A stretch of DNA of 64,000 nucleotides from Convolutriloba macropyga (Eukaryota): assembly GCF_964194025.1 (NCBI RefSeq), contig NC_134482.1:7874001-7938000 (forward strand), in the 5' to 3' direction. Position 1 is the stretch's first letter; the number at the start of each line of letters is the position of its first letter. Position numbers and translations under genes: made by a program. The notes beneath the pieces are model-generated. The model worked only from the letters and a program-made list of their open reading frames with translations, did not search any database and was not told the DNA's origin. Below, piece after piece: positions 40,301 to 51,400 of the stretch.

Positions 40301-43300
40301 CTGCTCACAGGTAGCCAGTTTTTTTGACGGCCTGATTAGGTTAATTTGGTTTAAGATCTCAAACGGGATATTTATCTTCTTGAGATTGAGAAGATTTTTG
40401 CACTTCCAATACCTCCCCACTATATCAATTTCAATCGATAAACCAGTGCTGCTTTCTCTAATCGGAGAATCACCATCAATATAGATAAGCATCCATCGCA
40501 CCTACCCAGGTTAAGGTCCAGACCAAATTTGAGCTATGATCAGACCCACTTGAACGCACACCCGTGTGTTCCCAGACCAAAATTACACGGTCCTGACAGC
40601 ACGGTCCTGTCGAGTACAAAATAGTTGGGGCCATGGTCTGATTTTGGTTTGATCAGAGGTCAATTCGGTCTGGAAGATCTGATCAGAGGTCACGTTGTTC
40701 TGAAAAGTCTGATCAGAGGACACTTCGGTCTGGAAAATCTGATCAGAGGCGGATTCGAATGCACTTGAGTCTGATCAGAGGCCGTGTCGAGTGCACTTGA
40801 GTATCGGCAAATTTATTCATTCGCATTTCTTTATTTTTTTCTAATGAATAGGCAATAAAGGCTATACCACGAGCCAGAAAGAGATATATGTTCTGTCCAG
40901 ACTCATTTGGAGTCCGTCGCTATCGATGAGAACGATCCAGGACTAAAGAGTTCAACCGCTAACAAGTGGTCAGTCCCTTTACAAAAACGAATAGCAAATG
41001 CAGATACTGACGTTTGTTATAAATAATAGTCAAACTTTAATTATGGTGCCAGTGAAGTTAGGGCATAGTTTTCTATTTAAAAATTTCTGTAAAATTTTTA
41101 TTTCACAAAAAAAAAACTTTTCATTTTGAGCTGACTTCACTGAATTTTCTACTGGAGATATGGGTTTTTATGTAATGCATATATTGTAAAGATCTTAGCC
41201 TCGTGCGTGTTCAAATGTAGTCTCTGATCAAACCCATCTGGAAATTCTGAACAGAGGTCAGTTCACTTTAAAAATTCTGATCATAATCTGTTTATTGTCT
41301 GGTCATTGGTCTGACTCTTAATCTGAATCGTGCCATAAGCGCACTATAATCTAGACCATATTCTGTGTACCGTCTGATCAGAAGTTATCTTGATCTGAAA
41401 TGTCTGATCAGAGGTAATTTGGTCTGGAAAGTCTGGTCAGAGGCCAATTCAGTCTGGATAGTCCCATCATAGCTCAATTTGGGTCTGAACCTCAACCCGG
41501 GTTAGTGACAGGAATTTGTTGTCAAAATAGCAAAACTATACATATTGGATCAAGATTCACATTGTAATTGACCATTGTAAGTGCTCTTGGTGTGAGGATT
41601 GATTCACGCTATCTTGTAGTGTTGGTTACAGAATTAAAAGTTTGCGCAGTTTTTGAAAATCACTTTTTGAAAAAATTTGTTATTGATTAATGTCTATCGT
41701 TGCACTTCTTTTTAGGATATATTTTTTCACCACTATTTGGATAGGTAAAGTGCATTGGGTTGTGGGCGAGGAGAGATTCGACAAAGGCTTGAACGCCTAC
41801 TATTGCATCTTTTCTGGATCAACTCCTCTATTAATCAACTCACCCATTGAATTCAATCACCCAATGAAATTTTGTGAACTGCATATATTATAACAATATT
41901 TAAGGTCTCGTGCGTGTTTAAGTATAGTCTCCGATCAGAGGTCACTTCGGTCTGGAAGGGCTGAGCATAAGTCGGTACGCTCTGAAAGGTCTGATCACAG
42001 TCTGCTTGTAGTCTGGACAATGGGCTGAATTCGAGTCTGATCATAAGCACACTATAGTCTGGACCATATTCTGGGTATGATCGGATCAGAAATCATCTTG
42101 GTCAGGGTAGTCTGATCAAAAGCCATTTGGTGTGGAAAGTCTAATCAGAGGTCATTTTGGTCTGGAAAGTCTGACCAGAGATTGTTTAGGTCTAGATAGT
42201 CTGATCATAGCTCAATTTGAGTCTGAACATCAACCCGGGGAAAATTTGCAGAGCAACAGGAGCAATGGGTGTTAATAGAGTAATAACGAATAAAAGTGTA
42301 ATATTTCGCTAATTTCATTACTTGAATATATATTTGGCTATATTATATTTTTAAAATTTGTAGAAAATGTTGCGACAAATTCAATACTCAAATCAACGAT
42401 ATTTTATTCTACTTGCTTTTTCTTATTTTGTGCTTTTTGTGAGAGAGCATTGGGATCAGTTTTTCCTTTATCCCACTCACAAACTCCCACCAGTAAAATT
42501 TCCCTCACGACTGACAAACCCACAATGAAAAATGAGCTAAGTTATTAGAGACGATTCTTCAGGCATCTCATTCTTACGTTGCCAATCTTACAAATTCTGC
42601 AGAGTCCGCATTTGCGAGCACGAGTGACGACATTTTGTCACCAATTCTTGCGTGGGAGAAACATGGTTAAATTGTGGACAACGATTACAAAAAAACTGCG
42701 GACATGTTTAAAAAGTTCCGTCACTGATCTTGGAAAAATTATCTTTTTTAGGTCATCAATGTCCAAAATTTGCGAACATAGGTATCATCATCACTGCACT
42801 TTATTTTTTATTTTAATTCACAATCAAAATTTTGACGGATTAAATTTAAAATTATCCCTCACTTCACTTTGATAAGAACTATCCCACTTATTCCCCTTTA
42901 ATCAGTTTCAGAAGCCTTGAGTATTTAAATGAATAACTTAAGTTCAGCCCACTTTAAGTTAAGTTTTGAACCCTTATTTTATGTTCAAAACTTTGACGGA
43001 TTAAAACTATTATTACCCCTCATTGCCTTTTGATAAGAAAAACCGATTATTTCCCACTTTTTCTCCCTTTAATGTTTTCAGAAGCCTTTACGGACTAAAC
43101 GAATAATTATCCCTCACTTTAATTTCAACCCACTTCAAGTTAGTTTTTGAACCCTTTATTTATGTTCAAATTTTTGACTGATTAAAATTATAATTACCCC
43201 TCACTGCATTTTGATAAGACGATTCATTTAAATCCCACTTTTTCTCCTTTTGATCATTTTCAGAAGCCTTGCCCGGAAAGTAGTTACTTTAGCGCGAACG

Positions 43301-44132
43301 TTAGTGACGCCAATTTCCGGACAAAAGTGACAAAAAACTGTCCTTTCTTGCGTGTCACCAAAATTTCGCAATCGAGGACATCAGTGGTAAAAATTCCCAA
43401 TTTTGGATAAATTTGCAATGGTTTGCCTCACTGTCATTGTTGTCCGCGAAAGCGTATAACGCCTAGTCTTAAAACATGGGGGAGCGGACAATGCTGACAT
43501 TAGCAATCAAATTTGCTCGCTCAGAATGTAGGATTGTAGGGTTGCCGACATTAGCAAGCGGCATAGTGCTCAGATAAAACTTAAGTGCACTGATGATCAA
43601 ATCGTTCCCGCACAGAAATGACATCTTATATGATCCAAATAAAACCTTTGTCCAGACTGAAATCCCTTCAACCTCAAGCCTCACCCTGTAATTTCCAGCT
43701 AAGAATTTAGTTATGCTCCAGTGCGCACTCGAGCTGAGTATGATCAGAAGTATAGTTGCAGTCAACCTGCTCCCTCCCCCCCCCCCATCCATCACCCCCC
43801 CCCCTCCCCCCCCCCCTCCATCCCCCCACTAAAGAAGGCAAAAATGAGCACCCCTTTCTGCCATTCTTTTACAGATATTCTTTACATTTGTTGGATATTG
43901 GAAACTAACCCAGAGAAATATTAATTACCTGACGACAGAGAGTGCGTAGTTTGGGTATACAGAATGGAGTGACTATGAGTAGGGGAGAGACCAACACAAC
44001 GACTACGAGGGTGAAATAGTCCACATAGGGTTTAATATCGCCCAAATTATCCACCGCTTGATAGTCTTTTGTCCTGATTGTTAAACGTATTCGGATTGCA
44101 CCGGTTTCGACTGTCGATCGGTCTGCCGACAT
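23460..44132 (-). CDS. GPR157-like (cAMP-receptor-like family) 7TM GPCR, 5 exons, ~415 aa
   Basis: Exons 44132-43929, 37170-37010, 30598-~30412, 27478-26925 and 23601-23460 join in frame with GT-AG introns (phases 0,2,0,2). The protein reads PLLIVTPFCIPKLRTLCRQ|AIAMIVLSDFVF...PVCATVTFLENTSYTWSLCW|SFVLL...LNVITWPSGALIT...AGNFTSLMNLIFYGVLSKVLRQ...Ser-rich tail DDDD*. This parallels GPR157 motifs recalled from memory (LRSRARRLLLFLSLADLL; C...ANTSSFFWT; HVVSWGVPLVIT; GNTFQGGANCIMF). The exon-3 donor is uncertain. Confidence 0.8.
23732..24490. mobile_element. CACTA-like element (TGTAAGAGTGGG motif) with internal ~60-70-bp tandem array
   Basis: cccgggtcaaat ... attcgacccggg, TG/TA flanks. About six copies of tagtcagggggtaattcctcaaaagtcctcccattgcagcccactcttac (23970-24360). 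Confidence 0.85.
26050..26528. repeat. 93-bp-period tandem array built from GGTCTGGCC motifs; ends in a CCC-family terminus
   Basis: A 31-aa periodicity is visible in the spurious ORFs. The right end is ...cttcatcctggg|ta; the left terminus was not found. Confidence 0.75.
26617..26906. mobile_element. CACTA-like MITE in GPCR intron 4 (ACCGACGA motif)
   Basis: ca|ccctaagtgatattt ... aaatttttactttaggg|ca, CA/CA TSD. Confidence 0.6.
26925..27478 (-). CDS. GPCR exon 4 (ECL2 and TM5-TM7)
   Basis: aag|GAA CCT GAT... stays open for 554 nt, with three hydrophobic segments and a GNFTSLMNLIFYG TM7 motif. An in-frame TAA just upstream fixes the acceptor. Confidence 0.85.
28326..28357. repeat. (CT)16 microsatellite
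   Basis: Direct read. Confidence 0.95.
28995..29286. mobile_element. Fold-back (palindromic) MITE, ~143-bp arms
   Basis: aaagacctcaatggctaagctgtgcaag...cagtgaagt [ttaatc] acttcactg...cttgcacagcttagccattgaggtcttt, with few mismatches. Confidence 0.9.
29822..30352. mobile_element. Second member of the CAATTCAAAGAATT-TIR family, TA TSD
   Basis: ta|caattcaaagaatttgaattgtattggggcgctgtc ... aattctttgaattg|ta. Confidence 0.75.
30412..30598 (-). CDS. GPCR exon 3 (end of TM3, ICL2, TM4)
   Basis: ttttttag|G TCT TTC GTT completes TG|G = Trp from exon 2. TM4 is LFYILNVITWPSGALITLILY. The donor TCA|gtttcc is inferred from phase. Confidence 0.75.
30796..31404 (+). repeat. Copia 5' LTR
   Basis: TGTTAG...CCAACA, directly followed by the PBS. 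Confidence 0.97.
31405..31418 (+). promoter_or_regulatory. Primer-binding site (internal half of initiator tRNA-Met, as in Drosophila copia)
   Basis: GGTTATGGGCCCAG immediately after the 5' LTR. Confidence 0.9.
31438..35700 (+). pseudogene. Copia gag-pol polyprotein with in-frame stops and one frameshift
   Basis: Gag with CFVYGIPGHIAKDC and CSKCGEKGH knuckles, protease LVDSGCTDH, integrase WHRRLGH and the D-D-E core, RT WVDD, RNase H SDADWSGD. Stops at 31639, 33254, 33374 and 34103; frameshift at ~32560. Confidence 0.95.
35708..36316 (+). repeat. Copia 3' LTR
   Basis: TATTAG (TG mutated to TA)...CCAACA, then the TSD taact. Confidence 0.97.
37010..37170 (-). CDS. GPCR exon 2 (TM2, ECL1, TM3); absent from the ORF track
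   Basis: attcag|GCT ATA GCT ATG ATT GTG TTG TCT GAC...TGG TCT TTA TGT TG|gtaagt. Contains the conserved TM2 Asp (LSD) and the TM3 Cys. Confidence 0.85.
37658..38450. repeat. CCC-family element remnant with a 79-bp tandem array (37971-38190)
   Basis: Starts cccaggttaaattcc. atgatttctcatgtttttcaacagt... is repeated ~2.7 times, with cacacaaaa/ttttgtgtg motifs. The right end was not identified. Confidence 0.6.
39567..40208. mobile_element. CACTA-like non-autonomous element (CAAGTC / GACTTG motif)
   Basis: ga|cccggactgcacgtcaagtcctaatcagaact matches the reverse complement of the right end, ccctgaacgaaattcaagtctttatcagatct. GA/GA TSD. Confidence 0.75.
40505..41501. mobile_element. CACTA-like element (TCTGATCAGAG motif); its right third is repeated at ~41905-42239
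   Basis: cccaggttaaggtccagaccaaatttgagctatgat versus atcatagctcaatttgggtctgaacctcaacccggg. ~30-bp tctgatcagagg repeats. Confidence 0.85.
42826..43270 (+). repeat. ~160-180-bp tandem repeat, ~2.5 copies
   Basis: caaaa.tttgacggattaaa...ccctca...tttgataag...tttcagaagcctt recurs at 42826, 42986 and 43167. Confidence 0.85.
43929..44132 (-). CDS. GPCR exon 1 (N-terminus and TM1)
   Basis: aaaaATG start. TM1 is YFTLVVVVLVSPLLIVTPFCI, followed by KLRT. Donor CAG|gtaatt. Confidence 0.8.
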
Positions 44133-45480
44133 TTTTTATTATGTCCATAAACATTGCTATATGAACCGCAAAAAGAGTCAAAATAATTTCATTGAATCTA
44201 TTCTGTTCCCCCCCCCCAAGCTTAGTGGGCTTATATTTTTTACGCCCCGTTTTTACATAGTAACGTGCTATATAACAACATGTAATTTGTAACTGAGGGG
44301 CTTAAAAATAAAAAAATACTGGGGGGGGGGACGAAACAGGATAGTTCCAATTTATTTTTAGCAGTCGCTTTAGGCTGCTTTGACATGGTATTCAGACACG
44401 AAACAGACGTTTAAAAAAGAGAAACGGTATCGCGAGCGTAATTCACTTAACCACTAATGTAAGAAACTAATTCGATGGGTTTGTAATTAAACGGTTCACA
44501 TTAAACTTTACGACCAATTGTTGACAAACGTAGCTGGCCGATAGCAAATAACAAAATAACAATAAATATTTAATAGTAAACAACGGGAAAACGGACGTTA
44601 CTGCTACTGCCAACGATGTGAGCACAAAACTGCTAGGTGTAAAAAATGACCTGATCATAGCAGCGCTGAAAGATTTTCGAATTTTGCAATTTTACTCTGT
44701 CCCGTGCTCTGATCATGCAATATTTTAATATTTTCAAAAAATAAATCTTAGGTAGAAAATTGTCTAAATTTTGTATGGTAGAGGGCAAAATTCAAGTTTG
44801 AAATTTGGAGGCCGAAACGACCTGCACGTGTTTGTTTGCCAGTTGAGAAGACAGAACAAAAACGATGAAGAAATTTAAGCAGTCATCTGTATCATTTTCA
44901 AACGTAGGAAAGCTTCGGTACCGATTTTTTTAAACTTAAGAAAGTTTCGTAATTGTCGTTTTGTCAACGCAAGGAAAAATTGGTATCGCAGTTTTCAAAC
45001 GTGAGAAATTTTCGTTGTTTGTTGCTGAAATATGAACCAGATGATCAAGACGAAAAATGGCCATGATCAAACAATCCAGACCACACTTTTTCATGATTCA
45101 AACTTAAGCGAACTAATGGGGATTATTTTAAAATAGCTCGAAGTAGAGCGTTGATGTTCCTAGTCTGGTGGACCATGCAAAACTCCGCAACAATGACCGG
45201 GTAAGAAGGCATCGGTATCAATTTTTTGTAAGCACAGACCCCCTTTCCCTCGTCGGACTATCGTGTGCTCAAAAGCACTATCATCAGATATCGATACCGA
45301 TGCTTTCTTAAATTCAAAAACGACGATACCCCTGGTTGAAGGTTCTTTGGTTTCATACAAGGATCATAAATAATTTCGTATTGTCTATACTTGATTGTTT
45401 ATTACGGTCTTTGTATGAAACTAAAGAAATAACTTATGATCCTTGTAAGTAAACGAAGAATTCGTATATGATCCCGTGGT

Positions 45481-48400
45481 TTTTGGTAACTGCAGTTTAA
45501 AATTTGTCAAAGCCATATGTTTGTACCATAACTTACAAAGTGTACTAAATTATTAGTTGTCCTTGTGTTAGCTAAATAAAACGTTTAGTCATATATTTAT
45601 TCACATAGGTAAAACTTTACCTCCGACTGTAAAGTCAAGTTTTCAGTATGTTCACGCTTTCCCATTTATTACTTAAAATTATCTTTCATTCTCATCACTT
45701 TATTTCTGATATTCAGTTGTTCTCAATCTATCCTTTTTGATACCAGAATAACTCACAAAGGATTCGAGAGAGATTTGAACGTCATTAGAACAGTGCCGCA
45801 ATCGTAATACTATTGCCTGATATAACTGAGAGCTGTAATCCTACACTTCACAGAATACAGTGGTTTCGCACCTCGAATCCAACTTCACTAAACCTTTAAA
45901 TATTCGTGGCTCAAATACATATCTTCGTAGCACGAAATACCACATAGTGCACTCAGCAACTAAAAAACGTGCCCTTTTGGGAATGGAAGCCTTTTGGGAA
46001 CGGCCGAAATTGGAACCCCCGAACATATCTACGAAGAAGATGTGGACCATAGCACCGCTCAAAGCGAAAGAGACCACAGAAATCGGAATGAACAACTCAA
46101 GAATGCATGGGTCAACAAATGTGAGAAGATTGAAGCGGCGAAAATACTGTGCGGTGATAGACCATGGACGTTTTTGCGACACCAAAGCTGTCTGGCTCAC
46201 CTATCTTAGCCTTTGCATGGAAGGCGGTCGGATATTTGGCACTCAAGAACCAACTATTCAGGTTGATCAAATTTCTACAACGGACCTTTGGGAGAGTTTG
46301 GAAAACGTGTCTTCACCAAGCTGAGAAATATAACTTTCAATCGTTATACTTTCTCAACTTGAAAACAACTTAAAGGAGAACCAGTCGAAAAATTCTACGG
46401 ATGTCTGCGAGAGCTTTCCTTGAACTGTAATCCCGGTAGCCACGAGGATTCTTTCATCCGAGATGTTTTCATTGCGAATATGCAGGATGGTGAAATACAG
46501 AGAGAGCTACCGAAAGAAGCAAGATCGGCTAAAAAGCATTAGAAGTGGAGATAAATATTGAGATGGGCATTTAAAAGCAGTTGAAAATATCAGGAACAGC
46601 TGCTCATTCAACTTCGAATCAGACAGCAAAAATGTCTATCAAAAGTATTCAAAATCCTTGGAGCGGAGCCAGAACCTCGACAAATAATACTGTCCAGCCT
46701 ACAATCTGCCCCAACTTTGGTTATGGATGGTCAACTAGTCATCGTCAGAACTGCCTTCCTCGCGGAAAAAAATGCAAAAACTCTAGATTTTCGAATCATT
46801 TTGCTAAAGTTTGTACAAAGACAAAATTACAGATGAAGCCAAAACCAAGGGTCAACAACGTAGATGATACTACTTCTGAAACAGCAACGATCGGTACTTC
46901 TCCCACGGTAGGCGAACAAGTAGATCAAACTGAGACGATTTTCAGAAGACACAGTATTTGTGATGCCAATTAAGACTCTGATTATGATGGGTTCGAAGAA
47001 AATTGTGGTGCTGTAATTTTTGATAGTGACAAAATCAGAGAAGTGGAACCAGTTAATGTGAACAATTGCATCAGAAAAACAAAGACAAACGCATTAGTGT
47101 CTTCGCGGAGCGTTTGCACTATCATTAACAGAAATCTAGCAAACCCAGTAGTATTGAATACTCAAGAAAGCTTTTGGGCACAATCTCCGGGGACTCACGA
47201 GTTAAAGATTTTATCCAACGAATTATTCAAGACCATCGTTGTAATTAATACATCAGTGAAATTCAACGATTGGGCGGCTGCAAATGTCAATGTTACAGTC
47301 GTTGAAGACGGCCATAGACCAATAATTGGGCAAGATCTTTTCTCTCAGCTTGGACCATCGCTCACACAAACTAAACAAGTCTCAAATTTTGATCAAAACC
47401 AATGTTTAATCAGGAAACAAATATCATTTGACTTCCCTGGTTTAATTTCTTGAATTGGTAGATCATTAAAACTACAGTAAAATTTCACAAACATTTTTCA
47501 CCGACGTATCAAAAAAAACGCCGAGTTCCTATTGACCATCATTAACCCTTTGTTCACACAGAACTTAAAAAACTATTAGATGATAAAATCAAATAGTTGT
47601 TCCGATAATAACTTCATAACCCCAATTGTTACAACTGTGAAGAGAGATAAAACAGTTAAACTGGCTATAGACTCCAAGATTTTAAACAAAACTATGCACA
47701 AAAATAAATACCAAATGTCTTATATTGATAATCTAATTGACACGATACAACAAATTTTAAACACAAACGCATCACATAAAACAGGTTACCTCTCAACACT
47801 GGATTTGAAAAACGCGTACAGTCAACTAAATTTATACCCGGAAACCTCCCAGCATTGCAATTTTAACATTATTAGCGGTGAGGGTACAGGTACATATTGT
47901 TTTATTACCGGATTTTATGGGTTAGCTGACATGCCAGCGGCATTGCAAAAAATAACGGATTACACATTAGATGGACTAGACAATACTCATTGTTTTCTAG
48001 ATGACATTTTCGTAGTTAGCCGTGAATCAAAAGAAGATAATTTAAAGTTATTTTTTAAATGTCTTAAAAAATTTTACGAGGATAATTTGAGAAAAAATTA
48101 CCCCAATGCCACTTCGCTAAAACTGAAATAGAATGGTAGGGTGACAAATTTAACCTATCTGGAATTGCACCACTTGAGACCAAAACATCAACAATTCTAG
48201 ATTTAATAGCACCTAAAAATTTAAAACAATTACGATGTTTTTTCAGGATCTGTACATTACCTTGGTAAATGCATTCCTAACCTTCCTCCATTATGTCATC
48301 CATTTGACTTTTATTTAGAAAGAACACTAAAATTATTTGCAATAATGAACTTGAAACTCACTTCCAACATATCAAAAACAAAGTAACAAATGCCACATAG

Positions 48401-51400
48401 AACACACACTATAATCCACACTTGGAAACCCGTATCAAATCCGATGCATCTAGAGCTGGATTAGGAGCCGCATTAGAACAACGATCACCAACAGGTTGGC
48501 ATACAGTCGCATTCGCTTAACTCAAATGAGGAACGTTATAGCATCAATGAATTAAAATTATTCTGAATGGTGTGGTCCGTTGAGTACTTTAATTATTACT
48601 TGATTGGAAAATCATTCACAATCATTACAGATCATTGGGCATTACTTTCAATCATGAAGGAACACAGATCTAACAAATCTTAAAAAAGTCGTTTAACTCA
48701 TGGGGTGGATCGATTACTATCTTTTGATTTTAGCATCAAACATATGCCAGGGAAAAAAATGGGGCTGGTAGATTACATTTCTCGCCAACCAAATCAAAAA
48801 GCAAAACTTACAAATAAACATTATGAGGAAATTGAGGTTGCAACAATTACCCGCATTCATGACGCGATTGCAGCAATTTATATAAAAATCACACCCAAAA
48901 CGGTCAATCACAGCACTTTAACAGCGTAAATCACACACATTCCACACGTGCCTCAAAATCCCACCAAACAAACCATTCGAAATTGCTTTCTGCCTTAAAT
49001 CTCCGCACAAATCAGTTGCTTCTCTCTCACTCTGCAAACGCAGCACAAATCCAGCTTTTTTAAAATTTAGAAATGGTTACCTCAATTGCATCACACTCAA
49101 CTCCACCAACAACTGGGACAAGCAGAGTAACTTTTCAGTCTACACCCAATTCGGCGGTCAATTCCACCTGTTCTTCTTACGAGGGCCCAGCATCACAAAA
49201 CTGGGAACTCTAAAAAAGGAGGTCTTTGAGAACAATTTGACTCAATTTTTCACGACGGGATTTCTCGCAGTACTCACAAGCAAGGATGCAGTCTTGAAAG
49301 AATTGAGGGATTGCATCCTCCAAGACAATGAACAAAGATATAAGGAAGTCAGCCACTAGCTCCATTCGAATTAAAGAGACCTGCACGTTTGTTGGGTGTG
49401 TTTATAAGGACGAACGTGTGGCCATACCACACTCTATAAAAGATGCAGATCTCAAATCATTGCATCTTACACATCCAGGCAATTGGGGTATAATTAACCT
49501 GGGTCAATAAACATTTTGGCCCTATATGGATAGGGAAACCCCCAATAGGGCCGAACAGTGAAGATCCTGCACTAATATTGGTAAAAATCCAAAACCCGTC
49601 ATTGCAGCATCGAAATGACAATCTTTAAAAAATTGTTCTGAACCTAACGATGAAATCCAGCTAGACTTTGGTTGACCAATTACCAGTGAAAAAGATCACG
49701 ATATACGTTTCCTTGCATGTATTGGCCGTTTTTGTGGGTAGCCCAAATTAGAAATCCTTGAAAAAGCTAACAAACCTAGTGTAATCAAACTTTTTGTTGA
49801 ATGTATACAAATATATGGAGTTCCCCGAATTATTAGACTAGATCAAGCATGTTGTCTAATTGGATATAAAGTTAAAACATTTTGTAAACAAAACAACATT
49901 GCATCATTACCGCTCCTGCTAACGATCACAGGTGACTAACTTGCTCGAAAATAGCTAATAGAAATAACACATTCACAATTAAAGTAGAAATAAAGTCAAT
50001 AGTATACCAATTGCGTATATGCAAACAAAAGATTTCAAATGTAACACAATTCAAAGCACATCTTGGAAGGAAACCAAACACACCACTCAGTAATATAAGT
50101 ACAATAACAAAGTTATCTAATATGTCATAAGAAAATGTTCTCTATCACTATTTAGACGCTGACACAGTCCCAGTGGAAGATTACCTGAACAACAACGGTT
50201 GGGTAACTGGAGAACGGAGCGAAATTATCGTCGAGGAAGCTATGACAAAGGCTAAGGTGGATGCGGGTAGACGATATAATGGGGACAAACACCAGTCAGT
50301 TTCAGCATTCATTCTCCGAAATTGACAAACCGATACCACACACTGAACGGTCTCTAGATTTAAAGTTGGCCAGGGAAGTCTCCAAGCGTATGTAGTGGGA
50401 TTTTAGGGGTCCTTGGGAGACGTTAGCGCCCGGCAGTACGGTATTCCGAACACCTCCTACAACAACCCAATGAAAATGCCAGGTATACCTGAGGTGAAAG
50501 TGCGCAATATTGACGTAGCTAAATTTGGAACACAGGCGAAGCGTAATACGGAGCTGTGGCAATATGCCCAAAGAAGACCACTTCCGTAAGACCAAACAAC
50601 GGAAGAGATAAACGCACAGCACTCCAAGGAGTTTAAGAAAAATTACAGAAGGGATGTAAAGATCAGGCACCGACAACCTCAAGCTGATAATGATTCCGGA
50701 ATTTCTTCGGTGAATAGCAATATTTCTGAGGCTATGTTGTCTCGAAAACCAAATAAACCTTAAACCGAAACAAGTTGGTCACGCAAGCCGTCAGCTAAAC
50801 CGAACACTTCAACGGCCTCTTCCATAGCAGCCTCTTCAGTGGCGTCTTCGACTGTCACACAGTCACCTCGACGACCTCAACATCAAAGAGGAAAAGAAAA
50901 GCTCCAGATTACTTTGGATTCGAGAGTTCGGTGAGCTCAGTAAGTAATCCCGAAAAAATGCCGGCACCCAAACACCAAAGACAGAATAATCCAATAATCG
51001 AAAGGGTAATCCAGGAGGAGGTTCTACAACCACCAGCAGTTGAAACAGCCTTTGAACTACCGGTTGTAAGCCCACCAGAACCACATCCTGTCGGAACTTG
51101 ATTCAAGAAGAGTATGGTTGTGCCGACGTGAAGTTAGCATTGGCCGAACGTGAAGTTAGCATGAGCCTTTTCGATGCCGGAAAACCAAATTTGAAAACTT
51201 TTAATTTGACTTGTCGCATTAATCAGTAGTCTCAAATCTTTTCCATTTTAATTTTTAACTTCATTGTTAGTCTCAAATTTAATTTGTTGGTCGACCAAAT
51301 TCGTCATTTGTAAAAATATGCTGTGACTGAATTTAAATTATTATCATTCAATTCGAGAAGTTAGTTTAAATGTCGTTACACCTGTGCTGCAGTCGACTCT

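Noticed and set aside
43469-43828. 108-aa minus-strand ORF with a hydrophobic stretch and 'ER', considered as GPCR exon 2 (in frame from a ttctttag acceptor)
   Set aside because: There is no GT donor compatible with exon 3 and it starts with a poly-Gly low-complexity run. The 37170-37010 exon fits phase and family motifs far better.
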